Shown here: positions 1 through 8,465 of the stretch, one piece after another
Layout: each line of letters begins with the position of its first letter
Position numbering within the stretch: the stretch's first letter is position 1
Assembly (NCBI GenBank): GCA_044866005.1
Contig: JBIOTN010000021.1
Coordinates: 1 to 30,023 of the forward strand
Length of the DNA stretch: 30,023 bases
DNA from: Candidatus Rokuibacteriota bacterium
Lineage (GTDB): Bacteria; Methylomirabilota; Methylomirabilia; Rokubacteriales; DASRDR01
Reading direction: 5' to 3'
Made by a program: the position numbers and the translations under genes
Notes under the pieces: model-generated
What the model was told of the DNA's origin: nothing
Seen by the model: only the letters and a program-made list of their open reading frames with translations
Database searches by the model: none

Positions 1-31
1 GTCGTCGCGTCCTCGATCAGGAGGTATCGCC

Positions 32-1027
32 ATGGCCGTCAGCCTTCGCTCGGCACTCCTCGCCCTGCTCGTCATCGCCGTCCTGCCCGGCGCGCTCGCG
101 GAGGACGCGGCGGGACAGCCCCGCACCAAGATCCGCTATGCCCTGGGCGACGTGATCTCGATCGACGAGCTGCCGCTCCTCATCGCCGTCGAGCGGGCGA
201 AGGCGCACGGGGTGGAGGTCGAGGTCACCTCGTTCAAGAGCGAGGAGATCGCGTCCCAGGCGGTGGTCAACGGCCAGGCCGACGTCGGGCAGGGGACGCC
301 GTACGCCCTGGTCCAGAAGGTCAGCGTGCCGATCCGGTTCTTCTACCAGCTCAGCGCGCTCCAGTTCTTCCCCGTCGTCAGCAAGGAGCACTACAAGAGC
401 TGGAAGGATTTGAACGGTCAGGAGATCGTGGTTCACGCGCGGGGCTCGGGGACCGAGGCCATCATGAACCTCGCGGCCAAGGAGCACGGGATCACGTACA
501 AGAACGTGAGCTACGTGCCCGGCTCGCAGGTGCGCGCGCTGGCGCTCCTCAAGGGCACGATCAAGGCCACGATCCTCGACGCGCCCAACAAGAGCTACGT
601 GATGAAGGAGGCGCCGGACCGTTTCCTGGTGCTGCCGCTGGGGGACCTCAAGGCCAGTGACGAGGCCCTCTTCGCCACGACGCAGTTCCTGGAGAAGAAC
701 CACGCGGCCGTGGCCGTGTTCCTGGAGGAGCTGATCAAGGTGGCGCGCGCGATCAACGCGAATCCGGCGACGGTGCTCGAGGAGCGGAAGAAGCTCGGTC
801 TCCTCAAGGATCTGCCCGCGAAGATGGAGCCGGAGATCCTGCCCTTCTACGAGGAGGCCGCTCAGGGCGGCATCTTCCCCTCGGACGGGGGCGGGGAGCG
901 GGCCGCGAAGAACGACCTCGAGTTCTATCGGCTGGCCGGCCAGATCAAGGGCGACGCCACGCCGAAGGTCGAGGATTTCTGGCACTTCGGCCCCCTGCGC
1001 ACGGCGCTCCAGAAAGTGGGGCGCTGA
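32..1027 (+). CDS. ABC transporter substrate-binding protein, NMT1/SsuA/TauA-like
   Basis: AGGAGG RBS before ATG; signal peptide (ALLALLVIAVLPGALA); 'DLNGQEIVVHARGSGT' and 'ALLKGTIKATIL' motifs typical of the NitT/TauT SBP family; followed by permease and ATPase genes. Confidence 0.9.
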   Translation: MAVSLRSALLALLVIAVLPGALAEDAAGQPRTKIRYALGDVISIDELPLLIAVERAKAHGVEVEVTSFKSEEIASQAVVNGQADVGQGTPYALVQKVSVPIRFFYQLSALQFFPVVSKEHYKSWKDLNGQEIVVHARGSGTEAIMNLAAKEHGITYKNVSYVPGSQVRALALLKGTIKATILDAPNKSYVMKEAPDRFLVLPLGDLKASDEALFATTQFLEKNHAAVAVFLEELIKVARAINANPATVLEERKKLGLLKDLPAKMEPEILPFYEEAAQGGIFPSDGGGERAAKNDLEFYRLAGQIKGDATPKVEDFWHFGPLRTALQKVGR

Positions 1028-1064
1028 AGCCGCGCCGCCGCCTTCGGGGCGGCACGCGCCCGCG

Positions 1065-1907
1065 ATGAGGGACCCGCCATTGTCCGGGGTCGGCGACGCG
1101 CTCACCCGCGGCCGGCCGACGCCGGCGGAGGACCGCGCGGCGACGGGCGCCCGGTGGCGGGTGTCCCAGGCGCTCTGGCTCGCCGCCTCGTTCGCGCTCT
1201 TCTTCGGCGCGTGGGAGGCGGCGGGCCGTTGGCCCATCAGCCCCGCGTTCCCGCCGTTCAGCGGGACCCTCGCCGCCCTCGGGCAGATGGTCGCCGACGG
1301 GCGCTTGCCCCGGGCGTACGCGGTGACGCTCCAGCCGCTCCTCATCGGGATCGTCGGGTCCGCGCTGGCGGGCGTGGGGCTGGGCGTCGGGATGGGCCTG
1401 TCCCGGGCGGTGGAGTGGCTGGGGTTGCCCCTCTTCGTGATCGCCCAGGCGGCGCCCATGGCCGCCATCATCCCCCTCATCACCTACGTCTACGGCATCG
1501 GGCTGACCGCGAAGGTCCTGGCCGTCCTCGTGCTCGCCGTGCCCGTGGTCACCATGAACTCCTACCAGGGCATCCGGAACACCAATCCGTCCCTCATCGA
1601 GATGTGCCGCGCCTTCCTCGGGACGCGGCGGCAGGAGGTCGTGAAGATCGTGCTCCCGCACGCGGCCGGGCTGATCTTCGCCGGGCTGCGTCTGGGCGTC
1701 GCCATGGGCTTCATCGGCGTGGTGATCGCCGAGCTCCTGATCACCCCCACCGGCATCGGGGACCTGATCACCTATCACAGCTCGGTCGCCGAGTACCCGG
1801 AGATGTTCGCCGCGATCGCCTCGATCGTCGCGCTCGGAGCCCTGACCATCTACGTGCTGGAGCGCCTGGAGCGCCGGCTCTTCCCGCCGGAGATCCGGGG
1901 GGCCTGA
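1065..1907 (+). CDS. ABC transporter permease (SsuC/TauC-like); true start may be slightly downstream
   Basis: Multiple TM helices; EAA-like loop 'LIEMCRAFLGTRRQEVVKIVLP'; 'VVIAELL...GIG' motif. Confidence 0.88.
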   Translation: MRDPPLSGVGDALTRGRPTPAEDRAATGARWRVSQALWLAASFALFFGAWEAAGRWPISPAFPPFSGTLAALGQMVADGRLPRAYAVTLQPLLIGIVGSALAGVGLGVGMGLSRAVEWLGLPLFVIAQAAPMAAIIPLITYVYGIGLTAKVLAVLVLAVPVVTMNSYQGIRNTNPSLIEMCRAFLGTRRQEVVKIVLPHAAGLIFAGLRLGVAMGFIGVVIAELLITPTGIGDLITYHSSVAEYPEMFAAIASIVALGALTIYVLERLERRLFPPEIRGA

Positions 1908-2675
1908 GTGGCCGGCGAGGTCGTGGTCGAGACCCGGGGCGTCGGCAAGCGCTACGACCGCGGCGTGGAAGCCCTGCGGGACGTGACCCTCGGCTTTCCC
2001 CAGGGCCGGCTCAGCACGATCCTCGGGCCCAGCGGGTGCGGAAAGACGACGCTGCTCAAGATCATCGGCGGCCTGATCCCGCCGACCACGGGCGAGGTCC
2101 GCGTGGCGGGGCGCAAGGTCGAGGGTCCGGGGCCCGAGCGCGCCTTCGTCTTCCAGGACTTCGCCCTGCTCCCGTGGGCGACCGTGCTCCGCAACGTCGC
2201 GTTCGGGCTGGAGCTTCGGGGGGTGCCCCGGGCCGAGCGCCATGCCGTGGCCCGCCAGCGCATCCTGGAGGTCGGGCTCGCCGGGTTCGAGGCGAGCTAC
2301 CCCCAGCAGCTCTCGGGCGGCATGCGGCAGCGCGTCGGGCTGGCGCGGGCGCTCACGGTGGACGCGGACATCATCCTGATGGACGAGCCGTTCTCGTCGG
2401 TCGACGAGCAGACCCGACGGAAATTCCAGGAGGAGCTGCTGGTGCTCCTCCGGCACCGCCAGAAGACCGTGATCTTCGTGACCCACAGCATCGAGGAAGC
2501 GGTGTATCTGTCGGACCAGGTCGTGCTACTCTCCCCTCGCCCCGGGTCGGTCTCCCGGATCATCCACCCCAACATCGAGCGGGGGGGCCGCAGCCCGGAC
2601 GAGATCCGCCGCGACAAGAACTATCTCGACGCCGTGGACGAGATCTGGCAGATCCTCAAGCAGTACATCGCGTGA
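1908..2675 (+). CDS. ABC transporter ATP-binding protein (SsuB/TauB-like)
   Basis: Walker A GPSGCGKT, signature LSGGMRQR, Walker B ILMDEPF, H-loop VTHS. Confidence 0.95.
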   Translation: MAGEVVVETRGVGKRYDRGVEALRDVTLGFPQGRLSTILGPSGCGKTTLLKIIGGLIPPTTGEVRVAGRKVEGPGPERAFVFQDFALLPWATVLRNVAFGLELRGVPRAERHAVARQRILEVGLAGFEASYPQQLSGGMRQRVGLARALTVDADIILMDEPFSSVDEQTRRKFQEELLVLLRHRQKTVIFVTHSIEEAVYLSDQVVLLSPRPGSVSRIIHPNIERGGRSPDEIRRDKNYLDAVDEIWQILKQYIA

Positions 2676-2685
2676 GGTGTCGCGG

Positions 2686-3435
2686 ATGACCCGCCCCGTC
2701 CGGCTGCCGACCGCGCTCTCGCTCGCCGTATGGTGCCTGGCCTGGGAGGCCGTCGGCCGGGCGGGATTCTCCACGATCGTCCCGCCGCTCTCCGCCGTGG
2801 TCACGGCCGGCCTGACCGCTCTCGCCACGGACCGGTTCGTCGCCGCGACCCTGATCTCGCTGCGGTCGTTCGGTCTCGGCATGGGCCTGGCGTTGCTGGT
2901 CGGGGTCCCGGTCGGCGTCCTGATGGCCCGGGTGGAGGGCGCGGGCCGGATCCTGGGCGTCTGGGTCAACGTCTTCGTCAGCGCGCCCGTCTCGGCCCTC
3001 GTGCCGATGCTGATGGTGCTGGTCGGCATCGGCGAGGCCACGGTCGTCGTCACGGTCTTCCTCTTCGCGGTCTTCGTGATCATCCTGGACACGCGTGTCG
3101 GCGTGGGGCAGGTGAGCCGGTCGCTCGAGGAGATGGCGCGCGCGTTCGGCGCCCGGCGGTCCCAGCTCTACGCCAAGGTGCTGCTCCTGGCCGCGCTCCC
3201 GGAGATCCTCACCGGCCTCCGCCTCGCGGCGATCCGCGGCGTCAAGGGGGTCGTCATCGGACAGCTCCTCGTCGCGATCATCGGGGTGGGCGAGCTCTTC
3301 GAGCTCTACTCCAAGCACTTCCTGATGGAGGAGTTCTGGGCCCTCGTGATCGTGGTCTTCGCGTTCGCGTTCGCCGTCTCCGAGGGGATCGCCTACGTCG
3401 AGCGCCGGGTCGAGTACTACGCCGGCACCCGGTAG
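2686..3435 (+). CDS. Second ABC transporter permease (SsuC/TauC-like)
   Basis: TM helices; 'EMARAFGARRSQLYAKVLL' EAA loop; GAGGTG RBS before ATG 2686 (alternative GTG 2677). Confidence 0.88.
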   Translation: MTRPVRLPTALSLAVWCLAWEAVGRAGFSTIVPPLSAVVTAGLTALATDRFVAATLISLRSFGLGMGLALLVGVPVGVLMARVEGAGRILGVWVNVFVSAPVSALVPMLMVLVGIGEATVVVTVFLFAVFVIILDTRVGVGQVSRSLEEMARAFGARRSQLYAKVLLLAALPEILTGLRLAAIRGVKGVVIGQLLVAIIGVGELFELYSKHFLMEEFWALVIVVFAFAFAVSEGIAYVERRVEYYAGTR

Positions 3436-3440
3436 CGGGC

Positions 3441-4433
3441 ATGGCCTTTTCCGTCGGCATCGGGCTCACCAACGAGTGCAATCTCCGGTGCGCTCACTGC
3501 TACCGGCCGGACATGGTCATCGAGCGGCTGACGCTCGCGGACGTCACGCGCGTGTGCGGGAGCATCCCCATCCGCTCGATGAACCTCGGCGTCGGGGAGA
3601 ACGGTCTGCACCCCGACTACCAGGCGATCCTCGAGGCGCTCTGGGCGCGCGGGATCAGGACCAGCGTCACCTCGAACGGCCTCAGCATCCAGGCGCTCGA
3701 CGACGTCGCGGTCAAGCGCTTCCACAGCGTCGAGTTCTCCCTCGACTTCCCGACGGAGCGCGAGCACGACGGCTTCCGGGGTCCCGGGAACTGGCGAACC
3801 GTCATGGCGGGCATGGAGCGGTGCGCCGGGCTGGCGGTGCCGGTGACGGTCACCGCGGTGCTGATGAGCCTCAACGCCGAGCGGCTTCCGGCGCTCGCGC
3901 GGGTGGCCGCCTCCCGCGGGGCCAACCTGCGGGTCAACGTCTATCAGCCGGCGAAGACGGACCGGTTCACGCTGGGCTACGGCCAGTTCTGGGAGGCGTT
4001 CCGGCGGCTTCTCGGCGCCGCGCGGCTCGTGGCCACGACCGAGCCGGTCCTCGCCGCGGTGCTCGGGCTGGCCGGCTTCGCGGGCCCGGCGTGCGGGCGC
4101 TCCACGGTCCGGGTGGCGCCCGACGGGCGGATCCTGCCGTGCACGTACTGGCCGACCAGCCGGCTCACCCTCGCCGACCTCGAGTCGCTGGGCGAAGGCA
4201 TCGTCGACACGCCGGATTTCCGCCAGGCGCGCTCGACCCCCGCGGCGTGCGAGGGCTGCCCGTGCCAGGGCGGCTGCGCGGGCCGCCGTGCGCTCATCGG
4301 GCGGCTCGACGACCCCGACCCCTACTGCCCGTTCGCCCGGCGGGAGCGGATCCACATCGACTGGGAGTCCGCCGCGGGCCCCGACCTGCCGAAGCTGGGG
4401 AGCGCCTGCACGACCGTCGTGTCGGCCCGCTGA
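3441..4433 (+). CDS. Radical SAM protein with C-terminal SPASM-like domain
   Basis: ATG 3441, 5 nt after the permease stop; CNLRCAHC (CxxxCxxC); C-terminal 'CGRSTVRVAPDGRILPC...CEGCPCQGGC...PDPYC' cysteine cluster. Confidence 0.9.
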   Translation: MAFSVGIGLTNECNLRCAHCYRPDMVIERLTLADVTRVCGSIPIRSMNLGVGENGLHPDYQAILEALWARGIRTSVTSNGLSIQALDDVAVKRFHSVEFSLDFPTEREHDGFRGPGNWRTVMAGMERCAGLAVPVTVTAVLMSLNAERLPALARVAASRGANLRVNVYQPAKTDRFTLGYGQFWEAFRRLLGAARLVATTEPVLAAVLGLAGFAGPACGRSTVRVAPDGRILPCTYWPTSRLTLADLESLGEGIVDTPDFRQARSTPAACEGCPCQGGCAGRRALIGRLDDPDPYCPFARRERIHIDWESAAGPDLPKLGSACTTVVSAR

Positions 4434-4462
4434 GCGCCGCGGCCGCCCCCGTCGATTGGCGG

Positions 4463-4490
4463 TTGACAGCGGCCGGGGGAGGCGTAGAGT
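4463..4490 (+). promoter_or_regulatory. Putative sigma70 promoter
   Basis: TTGACA-16 nt-TAGAGT followed by GGGGAGGAG and ATG 4514. Confidence 0.5.
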
Positions 4491-4513
4491 CGGGGAGGAG
4501 CGACCGCTCTGAC

Positions 4514-4867
4514 ATGAGCGCCGTTCGATTCGTCCTCTCGCGCGTCGCGGCCACAGCCCGCCGTCCGGTCGGCATCCGGGTCCCGCGCCTGGTATGCTTC
4601 ACTCCCGTCCTGGTCTTCGTCCTCATTCGCGCCGTCGTATACGCGACACCCGCGGACCCGCTGTGGATCCCGGGGCTGTACGATGGGGCCGACTTCGACG
4701 ACACGATCGCGCCGTTCAGGCTCGTGGTCGGGACCGCCGACGACGGTCCCATTCAGGCCACCGAACCGCTCCGCCCCAGCGCCGAGTCCGTCTCGTCCCT
4801 CGACTCGGCCGGCATCCCGCTGACCGCCCTCCCCGCGGTCCACTCCCGCGCGCCGCCCGTCTCCTGA
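4514..4867 (+). CDS. Hypothetical small membrane/secreted protein with 'DPLWIPGLYDGADFDD' motif
   Basis: 3' part of ORF 3476..4867; hydrophobic segment, acidic motif, C-terminal 'SRAPP'; own promoter/RBS. Confidence 0.55.
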   Translation: MSAVRFVLSRVAATARRPVGIRVPRLVCFTPVLVFVLIRAVVYATPADPLWIPGLYDGADFDDTIAPFRLVVGTADDGPIQATEPLRPSAESVSSLDSAGIPLTALPAVHSRAPPVS

Positions 4868-5175
4868 TCGCGCCTCTCCGTAGCGGCACCTAGACCACCG
4901 CCGGCTCGCGGCTCGCTCCGCGCCCGGCGCGTCCGTCGACCCGGCGGGCGCCGCCTCATCGCGGCGCTGTCGGCCCGGCGCCCGCGCCACGGGCTCGGCG
5001 GCCCGCCCGCCGGCCGGTCCCAGCGGAGGCTCGAGATGACGATTCCGGTCGATTGCTCGCGTGGTCCTCCGTCCCGCGGCCGTCCCCGGCCTCTCCGGTC
5101 GTACGGTCGCGCGACAGACGTCTCGATGAGCCCCGGGCGGGCAGCGGCCCCCCGGTCCGACAAGGAGGAACGGGA

Positions 5176-5433
5176 ATGGGTGTCAAGACGGCCCTCGTCG
5201 TCGTCGCGGTGATCCTTGCCATCTGCGCCGCGCCCGCCTGGGCGGACGAGATCACCGGCAAGATCCAGAAGGTGGACTCGCAGCAGAAGATGATCGTCCT
5301 CGAGGACGGGACGGAGCTCTGGTTCGGTGACACCGTGTCGATGGACCAGCTCACCGAGGGAAAGGACGTGAAGGTCGCCTACGAGGAGAAAGACGGGAAG
5401 AAGTGGATCACGAGCGTTGAGCCGCGGCAGTAG
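5176..5433 (+). CDS. Small secreted OB-fold-like protein (DUF1344-like)
   Basis: AAGGAGG RBS; signal peptide ending APAWA; 'EITGKIQKVD...IVLEDG...LTEGKDVKVAYEEKDGK'. Confidence 0.75.
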   Translation: MGVKTALVVVAVILAICAAPAWADEITGKIQKVDSQQKMIVLEDGTELWFGDTVSMDQLTEGKDVKVAYEEKDGKKWITSVEPRQ

Positions 5434-5442
5434 CTGCGCACC

Positions 5443-5473
5443 GCCGGAGGGGGCCGTCGCGGCCCCCTCCGGC
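5443..5473. repeat. REP-like palindrome / bidirectional terminator
   Basis: GCCGGAGGGGGCC-GTCGC-GGCCCCCTCCGGC, perfect 13-bp stem between convergent genes. Confidence 0.75.
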
Positions 5474-5502
5474 TCGGATGGCCGGGGGCGGCGGCGGCCG
5501 GC

Positions 5503-5853
5503 TCAGCCGGCCTTCCGCCGCTCCGCCGCGCGCGGGGGCTCGGCTTCGACGCGCACGTTCCTCAGGAAGGTGCCGACCGCGGGGTTCGAGTAGACCCCGA
5601 AGGCGTCCACCAGCGTCCCCCGCGTGCCGCTGCGGGTCTCGATGGCGTAGACGATCGACATGTCGTCCGGGTCCGAGACGCCCTCGAAGCGGTGGTACTC
5701 GCGGATCGTGACCTCGTCCGGCCCGAAGGTCTCGCCGCGTCCCGGCGCGCGCAGCCGTCCCTCGACCACCTCGAATTGCTCGGTGAAGCCACGACGCGCG
5801 AGCCCCTCCAGGGCCGCCTCGGGAGTCAGGTAGGCTGCCTGCTGCCGCCTCAC
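5503..5853 (-). CDS. Conserved small hypothetical protein (family often labelled 'phosphoribosylpyrophosphate synthetase' but not a real Prs)
   Basis: 'RFEGVSDPDDMSIVYAIET...GTLVDAFGVY' motif; upstream TTGACA-17-CATCGT promoter (5884..5912, minus). Confidence 0.7.
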   Translation of the reverse strand: MRRQQAAYLTPEAALEGLARRGFTEQFEVVEGRLRAPGRGETFGPDEVTIREYHRFEGVSDPDDMSIVYAIETRSGTRGTLVDAFGVYSNPAVGTFLRNVRVEAEPPRAAERRKAG

Positions 5854-5934
5854 GTCGTCACCTCGCCACGTCGCTACGTTTCGACGATGAACCCCTTGGG
5901 GAGGCGTGTCAAGTCGAGGGCCCGCCGGGCCGCC

Positions 5935-6339
5935 TCAGCCCTCGATCGCGCCCGCCGTCATCCCGCGGACGAACCACTCGGAGAGGAAGAGGTAGAGGAT
6001 CAAGACCGGCAGGGTCGCGATCATGAGCCCGGTCGCCGGCATCCCGATGTCCTGGTACTGCTCGCTCACCAGGAACTGGATGGCCAGCGGCCGCGTCCGG
6101 ATCTTCTGCTGCGTGATGAACACGACCGCGTAGAGGAACTCGTTCCGGAAGTAGATGAAGTTCAGGATGACGGTCGTCGCGACCGCCGGCAGCGCGACGG
6201 GGAACATCACGCGCCAGAAGAGCGCCCAGTCCCCGCAGCCGTCGATCCGGGCCGCTTCCTCCAGCTCCTGCGGGATCTGCGCGAAGAAGGCCCGGAGCAG
6301 GTAGATCGCCAGCGGCAGCGCGGTCACGACGTAGATATA
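5935..6339 (-). pseudogene. C-terminal fragment of a carbohydrate ABC permease (MalG-like)
   Basis: EAA motif 'IPQELEEAARIDGC' and 'FVRGMTAGAIEG' C-terminus; N-terminal half and start codon missing; conserved WNEF and TLP appear as RNEF and TRP; no partner genes. Confidence 0.7.
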
Positions 6340-6424
6340 CCCCGGGCCGGCGCGCGAGCGGTCCGCCTGCCGGGCCTCTGGACGAGCCCGGACCGCCACC
6401 GCTACAATCCGCCCGGAGGTCCCC

Positions 6425-7291
6425 ATGACGACCCGCCGTGACGCGCTCCTCGTCGACACCGACTGGCTGGCGGCCCATCTTCACGAGCCGGGGATCCGGG
6501 TCGTCGACATCCGCGGCACGATCAAGCCGCCGAGCGCGCCCCCACCCTGGTACGCGGCGAGCCGCGAGGCGTACGAGGCGGGTCACCTCCCCGGGGCCGT
6601 CTTCGTGGACTGGCTCCGGGACATCGTCGACCCCGCCGCCCCGGTGAAGATGACCGTGGCGCGGGCGGATCGGTTCGCCGCGCTGATGAGCCGGCTCGGG
6701 ATCGGCGACGAGCACGCCGTCGTGGTCTACGACGGCAACGGCCACATCGCCCCCCGCCTCTGGTGGGCGCTCAACTACTACGGCCACCCCGCGGTGCGCG
6801 TCCTGGACGGAGGCTTCCCGAAGTGGACGGCGGAGGGCCGACCCGTGACGCGCGCGGCGCCGCGGCAGTCCGAGACCCGCTTCACGGCGCGCGTCCGGCC
6901 GGAGTGGCGGGCGGAGGCGGCGGAGGTCCGCGCGATGCTCCAGGACCCGGCCGTCGTGCTCGTCGACTGCCGCAGCCCCGCCGAGTTCCGCGGGGAGGTG
7001 GGACGGGGGGAGCGGCTCGGCCGGATCCCGGGCGCGGTGAACCTCGCCGTCGGCCGGCTCATGGAGGGTGAGCACAAGACCTGGCGCCCCGAGCCGGCGC
7101 TCCGGGCGGTCTTCGAGGAGGCGGGCGTGGGGCCGGAGCGTGACGTGATCACGTATTGCAACGCCGGCGTCTCGGCGGCGATCGGCCTGTTCGCCGCGAA
7201 ACTCCTCGGCTACCCGCGGGCGCGCAACTTCGCCGGCTCCTGGTACGAGTGGGAGCAGGATCCCAAGAACCCCATCGCCACCGGCAGCTGA
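6425..7291 (+). CDS. Sulfurtransferase (tandem rhodanese, SseA/3-mercaptopyruvate sulfurtransferase family)
   Basis: GHLPGA, VRVLDGG, GRIPGA, active-site YCNAGVS, C-terminal GSWYEW; GGAGG RBS; TACAAT -10 at 6403. Confidence 0.92.
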   Translation: MTTRRDALLVDTDWLAAHLHEPGIRVVDIRGTIKPPSAPPPWYAASREAYEAGHLPGAVFVDWLRDIVDPAAPVKMTVARADRFAALMSRLGIGDEHAVVVYDGNGHIAPRLWWALNYYGHPAVRVLDGGFPKWTAEGRPVTRAAPRQSETRFTARVRPEWRAEAAEVRAMLQDPAVVLVDCRSPAEFRGEVGRGERLGRIPGAVNLAVGRLMEGEHKTWRPEPALRAVFEEAGVGPERDVITYCNAGVSAAIGLFAAKLLGYPRARNFAGSWYEWEQDPKNPIATGS

Positions 7292-7312
7292 CCGCCGCTC
7301 GCGCTGGACCGG

Positions 7313-7391
7313 CCGCCGCGGGTCCTGTCGCCCGGGCGGCCCACTGGCGACATGCGAGTCCAGTCTCGCGACCGCCGCGGGTCCTGTCGCC
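7313..7391 (+). repeat. 20-bp direct repeat, 2 copies
   Basis: CCGCCGCGGGTCCTGTCGCC at 7313..7332 and 7372..7391. Confidence 0.7.
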
Positions 7392-7420
7392 GGCTTGCCC
7401 CGGTCCGGCCGGGCTCCGTC

Positions 7421-7475
7421 ACCCGTTCGCGCCCTCCCGCAGCTCTAGCGACCTGCGGGAGGCGCGCGAAGGGGT
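7421..7475. other. Long imperfect inverted repeat (hairpin)
   Basis: ACCCGTTCGCGCCCTCCCGCAG ... CTGCGGGAGGCGCGCGAAGGGGT. Confidence 0.6.
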
Positions 7476-7574
7476 CCCACTTCGCCCGGCCGGCTGCGGG
7501 GCGCCGCCGGCGCCACCCGCGCGGCGGCCGTCCAGAGGCATCGACGGGGCATGCTAGGATAGCAACCAGAGACC

Positions 7575-8465
7575 ATGGAGCACTTGACGTATCACGACCG
7601 GCCGCGCCACCTCAGGCGCCCCGTCCTGGTCATGGCGTTCGCCGGCTGGAACGACGCCGCGGAATCGGCGACGAACGCGGCGCGCTTCCTCCGGCAGGCG
7701 TGGGACGGGCAGCCGCTCGCCACGATCGACCCCGAGGAGTTCTACCACTTCGGCCTGACGCGGCCGCAAGTGCGGTTCAAGCCCGGCACGACCGAGCGCG
7801 AGGTCGTGTGGCCGGAGACCGAGTTCTTCCGCTGCACGCGCCAGCTCGCGCGCGACGTCCTCATCGGGCTCGGCATCGAGCCGCACCTGCGGTGGAAGAC
7901 CTACTGCCAGACGGTCCTCGACCTGGCGCGCGAGCTCGAGGTCGGGCTCGTGGTCACGCTCGGCGCGCTCCTGGCCGAGGTCCCGCACACGCGGCCGATC
8001 CGGCTGACCGGGATCGCGACCGATCCCGAGCTGGCCACCGTGCTCGGGGTGCGTCCCACGCGCTACGAGGGCCCCACGGGCATCGTGGGCGTGCTGTCCG
8101 CGGCCGCGCGGGCCGCCGGCATCGCCACCGCCAGCCTCTGGGCCAACGTGCCCCACTACATCTCGGCAGTCGAGAATCCCCACGCGACCCTGGCCCTGGT
8201 TCACCGGGTCAACCGGCTGCTCGACGGCCCGCTCGACGTCCGGGAGCTGGAGGAGGCGAGCGCGCAGTTCGACGCCCAGCTCGCCGAGGTCCTGGCGCAG
8301 AACCGCAAGGTGGCCAACTACGTGAAGAAGCTCGAGGCCAAGGACCAGGAGGCGGAGGAGCTGCGCCCGGAGGCGTCGGGCGAGCTGCCGAGCGGCCAGG
8401 ACCTCGTCGCGGAGATCGAGCGCTTCCTGCGCCAGCAGCCGCCGAGCGAGCCGGGCCGCGAGTGA
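7575..8465 (+). CDS. PAC2 family protein (proteasome assembly chaperone-like)
   Basis: 'AFAGWNDAAESA', 'IDPEEFY...RP', 'GIEPHLRW', 'YEGPTGIVGV', 'WANVPHY', 'IERFLRQ'. Confidence 0.88.
   Translation: MEHLTYHDRPRHLRRPVLVMAFAGWNDAAESATNAARFLRQAWDGQPLATIDPEEFYHFGLTRPQVRFKPGTTEREVVWPETEFFRCTRQLARDVLIGLGIEPHLRWKTYCQTVLDLARELEVGLVVTLGALLAEVPHTRPIRLTGIATDPELATVLGVRPTRYEGPTGIVGVLSAAARAAGIATASLWANVPHYISAVENPHATLALVHRVNRLLDGPLDVRELEEASAQFDAQLAEVLAQNRKVANYVKKLEAKDQEAEELRPEASGELPSGQDLVAEIERFLRQQPPSEPGRE

Noticed and set aside
1905..1910. Permease TGA immediately followed in frame by the ATPase GTG (possible Sec readthrough fusion)
   Set aside because: No convincing SECIS hairpin and no redox context; both proteins are complete, and abutting genes are normal in ABC operons.
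2730..3440. N-terminal extension of the radical SAM ORF; similarly 7352..8461, 22900..23166 and 26148..26426
   Set aside because: These overlap upstream genes or promoter regions; downstream starts fit the motifs and operon coupling better.
5503..5853. Assignment as PRPP synthetase (prs)
   Set aside because: 116 aa and no PRTase motifs; true Prs is about 315 aa.
7313..7391. Possible mini CRISPR array (two 20-bp repeats with a 39-nt spacer)
   Set aside because: Only two short repeats, no leader and no cas operon; the Cas4-like nuclease is 10 kb away.
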